From Gemmatimonadota bacterium (GTDB lineage Bacteria; Gemmatimonadota; Gemmatimonadetes; Palauibacterales; Palauibacteraceae), in the NCBI GenBank assembly GCA_039588495.1, contig JBDGZR010000014.1, forward strand, positions 1-58,707: 58,707 nucleotides of DNA, read 5' to 3'. Positions 26,073-35,744 of this stretch are shown piece after piece (the first letter of the stretch is position 1; every line of letters starts with the position of its first letter). The notes below the pieces were generated by a model, which did not search any database, was not told the origin of the DNA, and saw nothing but the letters and a program-made list of their open reading frames with translations. The position numbers were made by a program, and so were the translations under genes.

Positions 26073-26708
26073 CTAGTGGATCGTCACGCCGACGCCGCCC
26101 TGCCAGAGGACGAAGCCGACGCCGTTGATGACCTCGTCGCCGTTGAAGCGCAACGCGCCGGAAGGGGCGACGAGCACGTTGAAGAAGGGAACGATGGAGA
26201 CCTTCGGGGAGACGAGCTGCTCGTATCCGAGCCCGAGCGTGGGGCCGAACGTCGTCGAGGTCACGGCGTCCTCGCCGTCGGCCGAGCGGAAGCCGATGAC
26301 GCCGCCGCCACCCTTCAGGTAGAGGTTCGTGTCGGCAGGATACCAGTAGGCCACGAAGCTGACCGCTCCCATGGATTGCGTGGCCTCTTCTCGACCTGCG
26401 AGCCAGCCCGTGAGCTCACCGCCGAGGAGAATGCGCGGGCTGACCGTGCCGCCCAGACGAAGGTATCCCGACCAACCCGCCTGGACGCTGCCATCGCAGA
26501 TCTCACAGAAGACACGGTCGAAGCCCGCACCCAATCCGGCGCCCATCGATTCTGAGCCCGACACAGCCGAAGCCCCCGCCTCCTGTGCCAGGGCTCTACC
26601 CGGGTGGAAAGGGTGGAAGGACAGGAGCGCTCCGAGAAAAACGGTCGCCGAGATGATGGCGGATCGGCGCACCGCTGTCGCGGCGCGATGGCCCCGTGAA
26701 CGCTGCAT
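26073..26708 (-). CDS. Outer-membrane beta-barrel-like protein
   Basis: ATG at 26708 with GGAG 7 nt upstream. Signal peptide ending ALAQ. Alternating Gly/aromatic beta-strand pattern. Its stop lies 2 nt from the downstream ORF boundary. Confidence 0.65.
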   Translation of the reverse strand: MQRSRGHRAATAVRRSAIISATVFLGALLSFHPFHPGRALAQEAGASAVSGSESMGAGLGAGFDRVFCEICDGSVQAGWSGYLRLGGTVSPRILLGGELTGWLAGREEATQSMGAVSFVAYWYPADTNLYLKGGGGVIGFRSADGEDAVTSTTFGPTLGLGYEQLVSPKVSIVPFFNVLVAPSGALRFNGDEVINGVGFVLWQGGVGVTIH

Positions 26709-26954
26709 GAACTGGCTCCGTGTTTGGCTCCGCGCCACCGACTCACTCCCCAGGTGCCGGCGGCGACGGGGATCGGAATCTCAAACTCGGTGCCATGCGG
26801 GCCGCGAGCTTCGTTTAAGCGCTTGCCGCTTCGACTTGCGGGGCTTCCGGCGTCGCCGCCCCTTCCGGTGGGAAGGGCACTTTGTTCTGACGATTGTTCA
26901 ACGATTACTTAGAAAGCCAAGCAGCGAGGCAACGATGGAACCGAGAACCCGGCC

Positions 26955-28499
26955 GTGAAGCTCGCACGGCTGGTCGAGACCTGGCAGCGGTTAACCGAAA
27001 CGGGAGGCCGGAAGGTCAAGATCGATCGGCTGGCGGAGATCCTCGGGGGTATGGATCCGGACGAGATTATCATCGGGGTGAAGTACCTGGCGGGCGAGCT
27101 CCCCCAGGGCCGGCCCGGGATCGGACCCGCAACACTGCGAAAGGCAGACCCCGGGGCCGCGGCGCCGACCGCGGAGCTCACCCTTCGGGATGTGGACGAC
27201 GGCTTCCAGCGAATGGCGGACGCGAGCGGTCCGGGCTCGACGGGTGAGCGTGTCAGGCTCCTTCGCGACCTCCTTCAGCATGCAACCGAGCCCGAGCAGG
27301 CCTTCCTCCGGCGCTTGGTCTTCGGCGAGCTCCGGCAGGGAGCCGGGGCCGGCTTGATGGTCGATGCCGTGGCGCTCGCCGCCGCCGTTCCGAAGACGAA
27401 GGTCCGCCGGGCGGTGATGCTCACGAACGACCCGGGTAAGGTGGCACGCGTGGCGCTGGCCGGCGGCTCGGAGGCGCTCCAACAGCTCGGAATCAGGCTC
27501 TTCAAGCCCGTTCAACCGATGCTTGCCCAGACCGCTGAGGACGTGAGCGAGGCCCTCGGCCATCTGGAGCGCGCTGCTTTCGAGCCGAAGCTGGACGGAG
27601 CCAGGATCCAGCTGCACAAGTCCGGCGGCGACGTCCGCATCTTCACCCGGAGGTTGAACGACGTCACGCCGGCCCTGCCGGAGATCGTCGAAGCGGTCCA
27701 GGCCTTACCTGTCCGCGAGATCATCCTCGACGGAGAGGCGATCGCGCTGAGCGCCGGCGGTTCACCCCTCCCCTTCCAGGTCACGATGAGCCGCTTTTCG
27801 AGCAGGCTTGACGTGGAGCGGCTACGCGTTGAAAGGCCGCTCAGCCCTTTCTTCTTCGACTGTCTCTACCTGGACGGAGCGGCCCTGATAGACGAGCCGG
27901 CCGCCGAGCGCTTCGCGGCTCTCGGTGACTGCCTGCCGAGTGCGCTACGTCTTGATCAGATGGTGACAGAGGAGCCGGAGCAGGCTTCGGCCTTCCTGGA
28001 ACGGGTCATGAAGACGGGCCACGAGGGCGTGATGGCAAAGATGCTGGACGCGCCGTACGCGGCGGGCGGGCGCGGGCGCGCCTGGCTCAAGATCAAGCCC
28101 GCCCACACGCTCGACCTGGCGGTCCTGGCCGCCGAGTGGGGCCACGGAAGGCGCCGCGGCAAGCTCAGCAACCTCCACCTCGGCGCCCGGGACCCCGATG
28201 GCGGCGGATTCGTCATGCTGGGAAAGACTTTCAAGGGCATGACCGACGCCATGCTCGCCTGGCAGACGGAACGCTTGCTCGCGCTCGAGACGCGGCGCGA
28301 GGGAATCACGGTGGTCGTTCGCCCCGAGCTGGTGGTCGAGGTCGCGTTCAACGAGGTACAGTCCAGCCCGAAATACCCCGGCGGGTTGGCCCTGCGCTTC
28401 GCGAGGGTGAAGCGCTATCGGGAGGACAAGCGCGCCGCGGAGGCGGATACGATCGAGACCGTGCGGGCGATCTTCGAGGCGCGAAACCCCTCGGAGTAA
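26955..28499 (+). CDS. ATP-dependent DNA ligase (Lig1/LigB type with N-terminal DNA-binding domain)
   Basis: Adenylation motif I EPKLDGARIQLH. Motifs EGVMAK, LKIKP, and a C-terminal OB-fold (LRFARVKRYREDK). GTG start. Confidence 0.9.
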   Translation: MKLARLVETWQRLTETGGRKVKIDRLAEILGGMDPDEIIIGVKYLAGELPQGRPGIGPATLRKADPGAAAPTAELTLRDVDDGFQRMADASGPGSTGERVRLLRDLLQHATEPEQAFLRRLVFGELRQGAGAGLMVDAVALAAAVPKTKVRRAVMLTNDPGKVARVALAGGSEALQQLGIRLFKPVQPMLAQTAEDVSEALGHLERAAFEPKLDGARIQLHKSGGDVRIFTRRLNDVTPALPEIVEAVQALPVREIILDGEAIALSAGGSPLPFQVTMSRFSSRLDVERLRVERPLSPFFFDCLYLDGAALIDEPAAERFAALGDCLPSALRLDQMVTEEPEQASAFLERVMKTGHEGVMAKMLDAPYAAGGRGRAWLKIKPAHTLDLAVLAAEWGHGRRRGKLSNLHLGARDPDGGGFVMLGKTFKGMTDAMLAWQTERLLALETRREGITVVVRPELVVEVAFNEVQSSPKYPGGLALRFARVKRYREDKRAAEADTIETVRAIFEARNPSE

Positions 28500-28511
28500 C
28501 CGTTGAAGAAC

Positions 28512-28539
28512 CGAGAGCCCCGCATCCACGGGGCTCTCG
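28512..28539. terminator. Strong hairpin between the convergent ligase and paralog-B genes
   Basis: CGAGAGCCCCG / CGGGGCTCTCG: 11 bp stem, 6-nt loop, lying between the stops at 28499 and 28598. No clear U-tract on either strand. Confidence 0.55.
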
Positions 28540-28597
28540 CTCGAGGTCCGGGCCTGGGCCTGCGCATTGCCTGCCAGGCTGCGCCCGCCTTGCGGTC

Positions 28598-29362
28598 CTA
28601 CGGCCTGGAGATCTCGACATCCCAGACGTAGTCCGTGTGAGAGTGGCAGGTCTCGGAGAAGACCCCGAGTGCTCCCTCGGCCATCTCCCCTATCTTCTCG
28701 AATATCGCGTCGCGGCCGTTCAGCACGCCGTTCACGCTCGCGCCGTCGATCACGCCGAGCCGGCGATACTTCCCGCCGACATCGTGAGAGTGCCAGCTCC
28801 AACCGGTGATCGTCCCGTCCGCGACCGCGTCGTCGAACACGCCGCTGAAGACCTGCGTGTAGATCTCGTCGGCCAGATCCTCCCTGGCGAAGTCGCACTC
28901 GAAGTACATCGAGAGCCCGAACTCCGGCCGTTGGCCGATCCCGGCCTCACCGGAGCCGCCCTCGTAGTTCCATATGTAGTCGTCGTGCGCCGGACAAATC
29001 CGGTTGAACTCCTGGACCAAGCCCGAATCGTCCGCCTGGTTTTCCTCGATCATCGCCCCTCTCGCCGTCAGAAGAGCCTCCCGCGAAGGCGCGGTGTAGT
29101 AGGCGAGGCGGCGCCACTTTCCGCCGATCCGGTGGGAGAGCCAGCCCCATGCCGTGATGTTGCCTGCCGCCAGGTGCTTGTCATAGATCGGCGCGAAGTG
29201 CTCGTTCACGATCGTGTCGGCGCGCGCCGCTTGCCCCTGGCTGCAGTAGAAGTAGGCAGCGAGGCTCGCCGGTTGATCCTCCTGCGCGGAGGCCGGGGAA
29301 GGCAGCAGCAGCGGCGTCAGCAGCGCGCCAAACCCCAGGATAAGGGAAAGTCTGGGTTTCAT
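28598..29362 (-). CDS. Secreted protein with two tandem ~115-aa domains, unknown family (paralog B)
   Basis: ATG at 29362 with AAGGAGGATCCG upstream. Signal MKPRLSLILGFGALLTPLLLPSPASAQ. Same duplicated motif set as 13383..14150. Confidence 0.8.
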   Translation of the reverse strand: MKPRLSLILGFGALLTPLLLPSPASAQEDQPASLAAYFYCSQGQAARADTIVNEHFAPIYDKHLAAGNITAWGWLSHRIGGKWRRLAYYTAPSREALLTARGAMIEENQADDSGLVQEFNRICPAHDDYIWNYEGGSGEAGIGQRPEFGLSMYFECDFAREDLADEIYTQVFSGVFDDAVADGTITGWSWHSHDVGGKYRRLGVIDGASVNGVLNGRDAIFEKIGEMAEGALGVFSETCHSHTDYVWDVEISRP

Positions 29363-29404
29363 CGGATCCTCCTTGGGATGGGACGGGAGTTTTGCAGTCG
29401 CCCT
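29363..29404 (-). promoter_or_regulatory. Conserved 5' leader shared with the paralog at 14151..14195
   Basis: Identical 24-nt block at 29365-29388, followed by GCAGTCGCCC. Confidence 0.6.
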
Positions 29405-29573
29405 ACTAGTACGCGCACTGGCCAGCACCGTCAAACCATGGTGGGGTCGTTTGCCGACCGCCGGTGGCGCTAGATTCACCCCTTCGTGCGTGGGCTTCCG
29501 TCGGAAGCGGGAACGTCCAGTTCACGCGTCTCTCCCAGGCGCCGGCCATCAGATCGAAATCGGAGGAACGAGA

Positions 29574-30422
29574 ATGCTCGATGCTGCCAGAGCCACCGCC
29601 ACCCTGGCCGCCGTCGCTGTCGCCGGCCTCGGTCAAGCCGTTCGGGCGCAGGCCCAGGAACAACCGGCGCAGCCGCCCGACGCCGAGCGGGCCCTCTCGC
29701 GCCTCGCCGAGTCCCCACGGCACGGCGAGTGGGTCGAGTATGACGCCGGGGGCGCCGATACGGTGACGGCGTGGGTCGTCTACCCGGAGCGAAGCGACAA
29801 GGCGCCGGTCATGATCGTGATCCACGAGATCTTCGGGCTCACCGACTGGGTGCGGGGCGTAGCCGATCAACTGGCCGCCGAGGGCTTCATCGCGATCGCC
29901 CCCGATCTGCTGAGCGGGAAGGGGTTCGACGGCGGCGGCACAGATTCCTTCTCGCCGGAAGACGTCCGCAAGGCGATCCGGGAGCTGGACCGAGACGAGG
30001 TGAACCGGCGGCTTCGAGCCGCGGCCGGTTACGCGACCGCGCTCCCGGCGGCGACATCCAGGGTGGGCAGCGTCGGCTTCTGCTGGGGAGGCTCCACGAG
30101 CTTCCGTTTCGCGACCGCCTGGGACGACCTGGACGCGGCCGTCGTCTACTACGGCGGATCTCCATCGGCCGAATCCCTGGCAACCATCGAGGCCCCCGTT
30201 TTGGGCCTGTACGGGGGAGATGACGCGCGCGTGAATTCCACGATCCCCCCGGCCAAGGAGGAGATGGAGCGCCTGGAGAAGGTGTACGAGACCGAGATCT
30301 ACGACGGCGCGGGACACGGTTTCCTGAGACAACAGAGCGGTCGAGAAGGGGCGAACCAGAGAGCCTCCGAGCAAGCCTGGGCGCGGACGCTGGCATTCCT
30401 GCGCGCCCAGTTGGAGGAGTAG
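29574..30422 (+). CDS. Dienelactone hydrolase family protein (secreted)
   Basis: ATG at 29574 with GGAGGAACGAGA upstream. Signal peptide. VMIVIHEIFGLTDWVRGVADQLAAEGFIAIAPDL and GFCWGG nucleophile-elbow-like motifs. Confidence 0.85.
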   Translation: MLDAARATATLAAVAVAGLGQAVRAQAQEQPAQPPDAERALSRLAESPRHGEWVEYDAGGADTVTAWVVYPERSDKAPVMIVIHEIFGLTDWVRGVADQLAAEGFIAIAPDLLSGKGFDGGGTDSFSPEDVRKAIRELDRDEVNRRLRAAAGYATALPAATSRVGSVGFCWGGSTSFRFATAWDDLDAAVVYYGGSPSAESLATIEAPVLGLYGGDDARVNSTIPPAKEEMERLEKVYETEIYDGAGHGFLRQQSGREGANQRASEQAWARTLAFLRAQLEE

Positions 30423-30426
30423 GAGC

Positions 30427-31797
30427 ATGCGTGCGGTTGGAAGCGGCCGATATGGGCTCGCGACGCTCGCGTGTGTACTGTGCTCGCTGACCGCCGCTAC
30501 TCCGCGGACGGCGCCCGCGCAGGCGATCGCCGAGCAGGCGGTGTCCGCGGCGGCGGTTCCGAACGCGGCCGCGCCCACGACGCACCCTGCCCACCAGCGC
30601 ATTACGAGCCGGCAGGCCTTCGACGCCGAGGAGGCGATGGAAGCCTACCTCGCGACGCTGGATGAGGAGACGAGGACCAGGTCGAAGGAGTACACGGAGG
30701 GCGGCTACTGGCTGGGCATCATCAGCCTGTTTTACGGGCTCGCCGTCGCCTTTTTCCTGCTCAACACGGGGCTCTCGGCCCGCATGCGGGATATCGCGGA
30801 GCGCATCTCGGGCAGGAAGCCGCTCCAGACGGCCCTGTACGGCGTGCAGTACATCCTGGTCACCACGCTCCTGCTCCTGCCCTTATCGGCCTATTCGGGC
30901 TTCATCCGCGAGCACCGATACGGCTTCTCGACGCAGAGCGTGGGCGGCTACATCTCGGACCGATTCATCGGGTTGGCCATTTCGCTTGTCCTCGTGAGCA
31001 TCCTGCTCGTGCTTCTGTATGGTGCCATCCGGCGCGCTCGACGCACCTGGTGGATCTGGGGGGCGGGGGTGAGCCTGGGGTTCCTGGCCGTGATCGCGTT
31101 CATCTCGCCCGTCTATCTCGCCCCGCTGTTCAACCAGTACGAGCCACTCGAAGAGGGGTCGCTCAAGGATCGCATCCTCGCCATGGCTCGCGCGAACGGC
31201 GTTCCGGCCGACGAGGTGTACCGGTACGACGCCTCGAAGCGGACAACAAAGATCAGCGCCAACGTGAGCGGATTCCTCGGCACGACGCGCATCTCGCTCA
31301 ACGACAACCTCCTCGACCGAGGGACGGACGAAGAGATCGAGGCGGTGATGGCGCACGAGATCGGCCACTTCGCCCTCAACGCGGCCGGCGAGATCTTCGT
31401 CTTCTTCGGTATCGTGCTCATCGTGGGCTTCGCCTTCGTTCGCTGGGGATTCGATCGGGCACTGGCGCGATGGGGCTCCGGCTGGGGCGTGCGGGATGTA
31501 GGCGATGTGGCGGGCCTTCCCCTCTTTCTCGTCTTGTTCTCGCTCTACTCCGCCGCGATCACTCCGATCACGAACGGATTCATCCGCTCCAACGAGGTCG
31601 AGGCCGATATCTACGGCCTTAACGCGGCACGCGAGCCGGACGGGTTCTCGACGATCATCCTCAAGCTCGGAGAGTACCGGAAGGTGGATCCCGGCCCGCT
31701 CGAGGAGTGGCTGTTCTATGACCACCCGAGCGCGAGGAACCGCATCCTCATGGCGATGCGCTGGAAGGCGGAGCAGCCGGAGTATCGGCGCGACTAG
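30427..31797 (+). CDS. M48 family (Ste24/HtpX-like) integral-membrane zinc metallopeptidase
   Basis: Starts 4 nt after the preceding stop. Multiple TM helices. HEIGHF (HExxH) with a downstream NEVEAD. Confidence 0.85.
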   Translation: MRAVGSGRYGLATLACVLCSLTAATPRTAPAQAIAEQAVSAAAVPNAAAPTTHPAHQRITSRQAFDAEEAMEAYLATLDEETRTRSKEYTEGGYWLGIISLFYGLAVAFFLLNTGLSARMRDIAERISGRKPLQTALYGVQYILVTTLLLLPLSAYSGFIREHRYGFSTQSVGGYISDRFIGLAISLVLVSILLVLLYGAIRRARRTWWIWGAGVSLGFLAVIAFISPVYLAPLFNQYEPLEEGSLKDRILAMARANGVPADEVYRYDASKRTTKISANVSGFLGTTRISLNDNLLDRGTDEEIEAVMAHEIGHFALNAAGEIFVFFGIVLIVGFAFVRWGFDRALARWGSGWGVRDVGDVAGLPLFLVLFSLYSAAITPITNGFIRSNEVEADIYGLNAAREPDGFSTIILKLGEYRKVDPGPLEEWLFYDHPSARNRILMAMRWKAEQPEYRRD

Positions 31798-31803
31798 CTC
31801 CCG

Positions 31804-33597
31804 CTACCGTCCGAAAACCGCCAGGAGACCTGTCGTAAGGAAGGGGATGTAGGTGATCAGCAGCACTCCCACGCCCAGAATGAGGAGGAACGGCACGGCG
31901 GCGCGGTAGAGGTCGAGCAGGGGCCTATCGAAGCGGTAGGACGCGAGGAAGAGGTTGAGCCCGACGGGGGGCGTCAGGTACCCGAGCTCGAGGTTGGCCA
32001 CGAAGATGATCCCCAGGTGGATCGGGTGGATCCCGAACGCCGCGCCCAGGGGCACGATGAGCGGCACGATCACCACGGTGGCCGAGAAGATGTCCATCAC
32101 CGCGCCGACCAGGAGGAGGAAGAGGTTCAGGCAGAGCAGGAAGACGATCCGCGAGTCGATATGGCTCTGCACCCACTCGAGCGCGCGACTCGGGATCATC
32201 GCGTCTACCATGTAGCTGCTGAACCCCATCGCCATGCCGAGGATGAGCAGCACGCCCCCGATCAGCACGAGACACTGGTGGAAGACGCGCGCCAGATCGC
32301 TGCCCAGCGAGACGTCGCGGTGCACGAAACACTGGACGACGACGGCGTAGAGCGCCGCGAGCGCCGCCGCCTCCACCAGCGTGGCGATCCCCCTGAAGAT
32401 CACGAACAGGACGAGGATCGGAAGGAGTAGCTCCCACTTCGCGTCCCAGAGCGCCCGTAACGCCTCCCGCCGCTCGAACGGCCTGCGCTCGACTCCGCTC
32501 TTCATCCCCTCGCGCACTCCCCAGGCCGCGACCAGCGAGATGAGCAGGATCCCGGGGATGATCCCACCGATGAAGAGGTCCTCGATGGGAACGCTCGCCA
32601 CGATCCCGTAGAGGATCAGGGGAAGAGCCGGCGGAAGAAGCAGGCCGAGCGAGCCGGACGCCGTCAGCAGGCCGAGCGAGAAACGCTCGTTGTAGCGATC
32701 CTCCCGGAGAACCTGGAACAGGAGGGCGCCGAGGGCGAGAATCGTCACGCCCGAGCCGCCGGTGAAGACGGTGAAGAAGCCGCAGACGAAGGCGCAGACG
32801 ACCGCCGTTCCACCAGGCACCCACCCTACGAAAGCGCGAAAGAGGTTCAGAAGCCTCGATGACGCCTTCCCTTCGGCGAGAAAGAAGCCGACCAGCGTAA
32901 AGAGCGGAATCGCGGCGAGGGTCGGATTCACCGATAGGCTGTACGTCTCGATCAGGACCGCCACCGGCGGGACTCCATCCGCCATGAAGAGGAGAGCGGC
33001 AATCCCCCCGAGCGCGGCGAAGATCGGACCTCCCAGAAGGGTGGCCGTGAGCACGAGCAGAACGCCGGGCCAGCTCGGTTTGGCCTCCAGGATCCCCGGG
33101 AACTGCGCCAGGAGAAGGCCCACGACGACGCCGAAAATGGCCACCGACCTCCCCTTCCAGCTGTCGGCCGAGCGCCAGACCAGCCTGAGCCCGATCAGCG
33201 CGAAGGCGATGGGCATCACGACCTGAGCCACCCACACGGGGATCATCTGGGTGAGCATCGTCCCGGCGAGCCTTTCCTCCAGAACGAGATCGATGCCGGC
33301 TCGGAAGAAGAGCGCGCAGACGCCGGCAGCGACCGCCGAGGCGAGGCGCCCTCCCGCCGTTCGTATCTTGCCCTCGGGGAGGAGCTGGCCGGTGGCAAGG
33401 GAAAGGAGCCGTCCATCGCGAGCGGCCAACGCGGCACCGAGGAAGGCCACCCAGAGCGTCAGGTGCCGCTCGACCGAGATCGCCGCCGGAATCCCCGTTC
33501 CGAGCTTGCGGAGCGGGATCTCCAGGAGCGGCAGGAGGACCATCGCGCCCAGTGCGAGGCCCGCCGTCGCCTCTTCGAGCTTTCGGAAGGCTTTCAA
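31804..33597 (-). CDS. TRAP transporter fused small/large permease (DctQ-DctM fusion)
   Basis: 597 aa, about 16-17 predicted TM segments. N-terminal DctQ-like part followed by a DctM-like part. TTG start. Downstream of the DctP-type gene. Confidence 0.88.
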   Translation of the reverse strand: MKAFRKLEEATAGLALGAMVLLPLLEIPLRKLGTGIPAAISVERHLTLWVAFLGAALAARDGRLLSLATGQLLPEGKIRTAGGRLASAVAAGVCALFFRAGIDLVLEERLAGTMLTQMIPVWVAQVVMPIAFALIGLRLVWRSADSWKGRSVAIFGVVVGLLLAQFPGILEAKPSWPGVLLVLTATLLGGPIFAALGGIAALLFMADGVPPVAVLIETYSLSVNPTLAAIPLFTLVGFFLAEGKASSRLLNLFRAFVGWVPGGTAVVCAFVCGFFTVFTGGSGVTILALGALLFQVLREDRYNERFSLGLLTASGSLGLLLPPALPLILYGIVASVPIEDLFIGGIIPGILLISLVAAWGVREGMKSGVERRPFERREALRALWDAKWELLLPILVLFVIFRGIATLVEAAALAALYAVVVQCFVHRDVSLGSDLARVFHQCLVLIGGVLLILGMAMGFSSYMVDAMIPSRALEWVQSHIDSRIVFLLCLNLFLLLVGAVMDIFSATVVIVPLIVPLGAAFGIHPIHLGIIFVANLELGYLTPPVGLNLFLASYRFDRPLLDLYRAAVPFLLILGVGVLLITYIPFLTTGLLAVFGR

Positions 33598-33639
33598 GGA
33601 CGGAGGCTCAGTCTCTGTCTTGTGTCTGGCGAAGCCGGA

Positions 33640-34692
33640 TCAGGGACTCGAGCCCGCGGCAGCCGCCGGGCCGCGCCGGTACTCGGCGCGATACTGGAGA
33701 GCGAGATCCAGAACGTCTGCAGGAACCATAGTGGTCCGGAAACTCTCCGCGAAAGACTCCGCCGCCGCTCGCCAGGGATTGGCTTCCCCCTCGACGTCCA
33801 CGCGAATCACCTCGAGGCCTCGCATGATCATCTCCGCCAGAGACTCCGCGTCCTTTTCGGGAATCTCGACCGCCTGCCGCTCGCCGGCCCGACGAGCCGA
33901 CTCGAGGAGCGCCTCGCGATCGTCTTCCGACATCTTCTCCCAGGCTCTCTTGTCGATGACGGTAGCTCCGACGAGGGGGGCGAAGCCCGGAGACAGCACG
34001 TATGGCGTGTGCCGGTACCACTGAAACGCGAGAGCACCGAGCGGCGGAGCCGGCAGACCGTCGATCATCCCGCTCTGCAGACCGACCATGATGTCGGTCG
34101 ATGAGAGCACGACGGGGTTGTAGCCGTTCTGTCTCCAGAGACGCGTCATCCGGTCGTCTCCCGCCCCCGTGTACATCTTCACCCGCCTGAGATCCGAGAC
34201 CGTGGGAGTCGGGAACTTCGAGAAGAAATGCAGCCACCCGCCGTAGCCCCAGTGGAGGGTCACGAGTCCCTGCTCCTCCAGCCGCTGCCTCAGCAGCGGC
34301 CCCAGGCGATGGAGGACGAAAAAGAATTCCTCGATCGAGGCGAAGAAGAGCGGGATCTGGAAGACGTTGAACGCATCGTCCAGCTCGGCCAGCCCCGTCA
34401 CGGTCAGCGTCGCTCCCTGAAGCTGCCCGTGCCGGATCTTGCGCAGCGTGGCCCGATCGTCGCCCGCAACGCCGCCCGGGTAGATGACGAGTCGCACCCT
34501 TCCGTTCGTGGCCTGCTGCCACTCGTGACCCATGTCCTCGAGTATGCGGTGCCACGGCGAGCCGTCGGGCGCGAGAGTGGCGAGCTTTACACGCGCTCTC
34601 TGCGCCAGAGCCTCGTCGGGTGCGAACGCCACCAGGCATCCCATCGCGAGCGCCGCGACCCGTAGCACCCGGTACCTATGTCTCCACGTCAT
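33640..34692 (-). CDS. TRAP transporter substrate-binding protein (DctP/TatP type)
   Basis: ATG at 34692. Signal VAALAMGCLVAFAPDEALAQ. Periplasmic-binding-protein length and gene context. Confidence 0.82.
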   Translation of the reverse strand: MTWRHRYRVLRVAALAMGCLVAFAPDEALAQRARVKLATLAPDGSPWHRILEDMGHEWQQATNGRVRLVIYPGGVAGDDRATLRKIRHGQLQGATLTVTGLAELDDAFNVFQIPLFFASIEEFFFVLHRLGPLLRQRLEEQGLVTLHWGYGGWLHFFSKFPTPTVSDLRRVKMYTGAGDDRMTRLWRQNGYNPVVLSSTDIMVGLQSGMIDGLPAPPLGALAFQWYRHTPYVLSPGFAPLVGATVIDKRAWEKMSEDDREALLESARRAGERQAVEIPEKDAESLAEMIMRGLEVIRVDVEGEANPWRAAAESFAESFRTTMVPADVLDLALQYRAEYRRGPAAAAGSSP

Positions 34693-34711
34693 CCCTCTCC
34701 CTCTCCCTCTC

Positions 34712-35632
34712 CTACTCCAGGAAGTAGTCCTCCACATGATCGAGCATGTAGCGAGCGCGCTTCTGCGCGATGAGGTTCTGCAGTCGATTGTCCGGATCCT
34801 CGTGCGGGTCTATCGCCAGCGCCTCCAGCATCAGCCTCTCGAAGCGCTCCCTGTCCTGCTCCGGCAACATCACGCTCGTGGCGTAGGTGGCGTAGGTACC
34901 CGCCAACCGCCCCCCGTTCAACTCGAGAGCACGCTCGAAGTGCTTGCGCGCCTCCTCGGGAGACCCACCCATGCTGGCCGGAAGGCCGCGCAGCATGATG
35001 AACACATCGTGAATCGTGCCATCCCTGAACGTCTCATCCAGCTCGAGGACGCGCTCCATCATCGCGATTACCGCCGGCAGGTCGGCGATCAGGTCCGGAC
35101 GATCCTTGCCCCGTGAGATCGCCGCACCCCAGGCAGCCGCGGTCCAATAGAGCAGCGAAACGTCCTCCAAGGTAGTGCTGGCGACCGCAGCCTCGGGGTC
35201 GACGAGCAGGCGCTCCTCGAGCCCTGGATCCGCCAGCTCGAGGCCGCGCATGCCGTACCTCTTGGCCCTTAGAAACAGGTTCAGCGCCCGCTCCAACTGC
35301 TGCTTCGAGCGCTCGTAGTCCTCTTCCTCCAGGAGAATCGCGTCGGTCTCGACGCACACGTAGGCGTACTGAGCGAACCCCTGGGTCGCGTTGAGCAGCA
35401 ACCGGTCGCTCTCGGGCTGCTTCGTGAGCAGACCCTCGACCGTCGAGAGCGCGAAGGGGATGGACTCGCAGACGAACTCGGGATCGTCCCCGGACGACCA
35501 CACTTCGGCGGTCGATTCCATCATTTCCGTCACGCTGTTGGCGGCCATCTTGTTGACGGCACCGCAACCGCTCAACGGAAGGAGAATGAGCGACGCGACC
35601 GTCCAGACGGCTTTTCCGACGCTTCGCTGCAT
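34712..35632 (-). CDS. TRAP-associated TPR-like lipoprotein (TatT family)
   Basis: ATG at 35632. Lipobox LLPLSGC. All-helical repeat protein immediately upstream of the TRAP binding protein and permease. It resembles the T. pallidum TatT family as I recall it. Confidence 0.7.
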   Translation of the reverse strand: MQRSVGKAVWTVASLILLPLSGCGAVNKMAANSVTEMMESTAEVWSSGDDPEFVCESIPFALSTVEGLLTKQPESDRLLLNATQGFAQYAYVCVETDAILLEEEDYERSKQQLERALNLFLRAKRYGMRGLELADPGLEERLLVDPEAAVASTTLEDVSLLYWTAAAWGAAISRGKDRPDLIADLPAVIAMMERVLELDETFRDGTIHDVFIMLRGLPASMGGSPEEARKHFERALELNGGRLAGTYATYATSVMLPEQDRERFERLMLEALAIDPHEDPDNRLQNLIAQKRARYMLDHVEDYFLE

Positions 35633-35744
35633 GCCCACCCTTGCTCTGGTCACGTCGTCGATCGGCAGCGACTGCTGCCGGCACCTCAGATCTGGCACCA
35701 CGAGGTTCGGCACCCCAACATAAGGAGGGCTTGCGCGGAACGGC

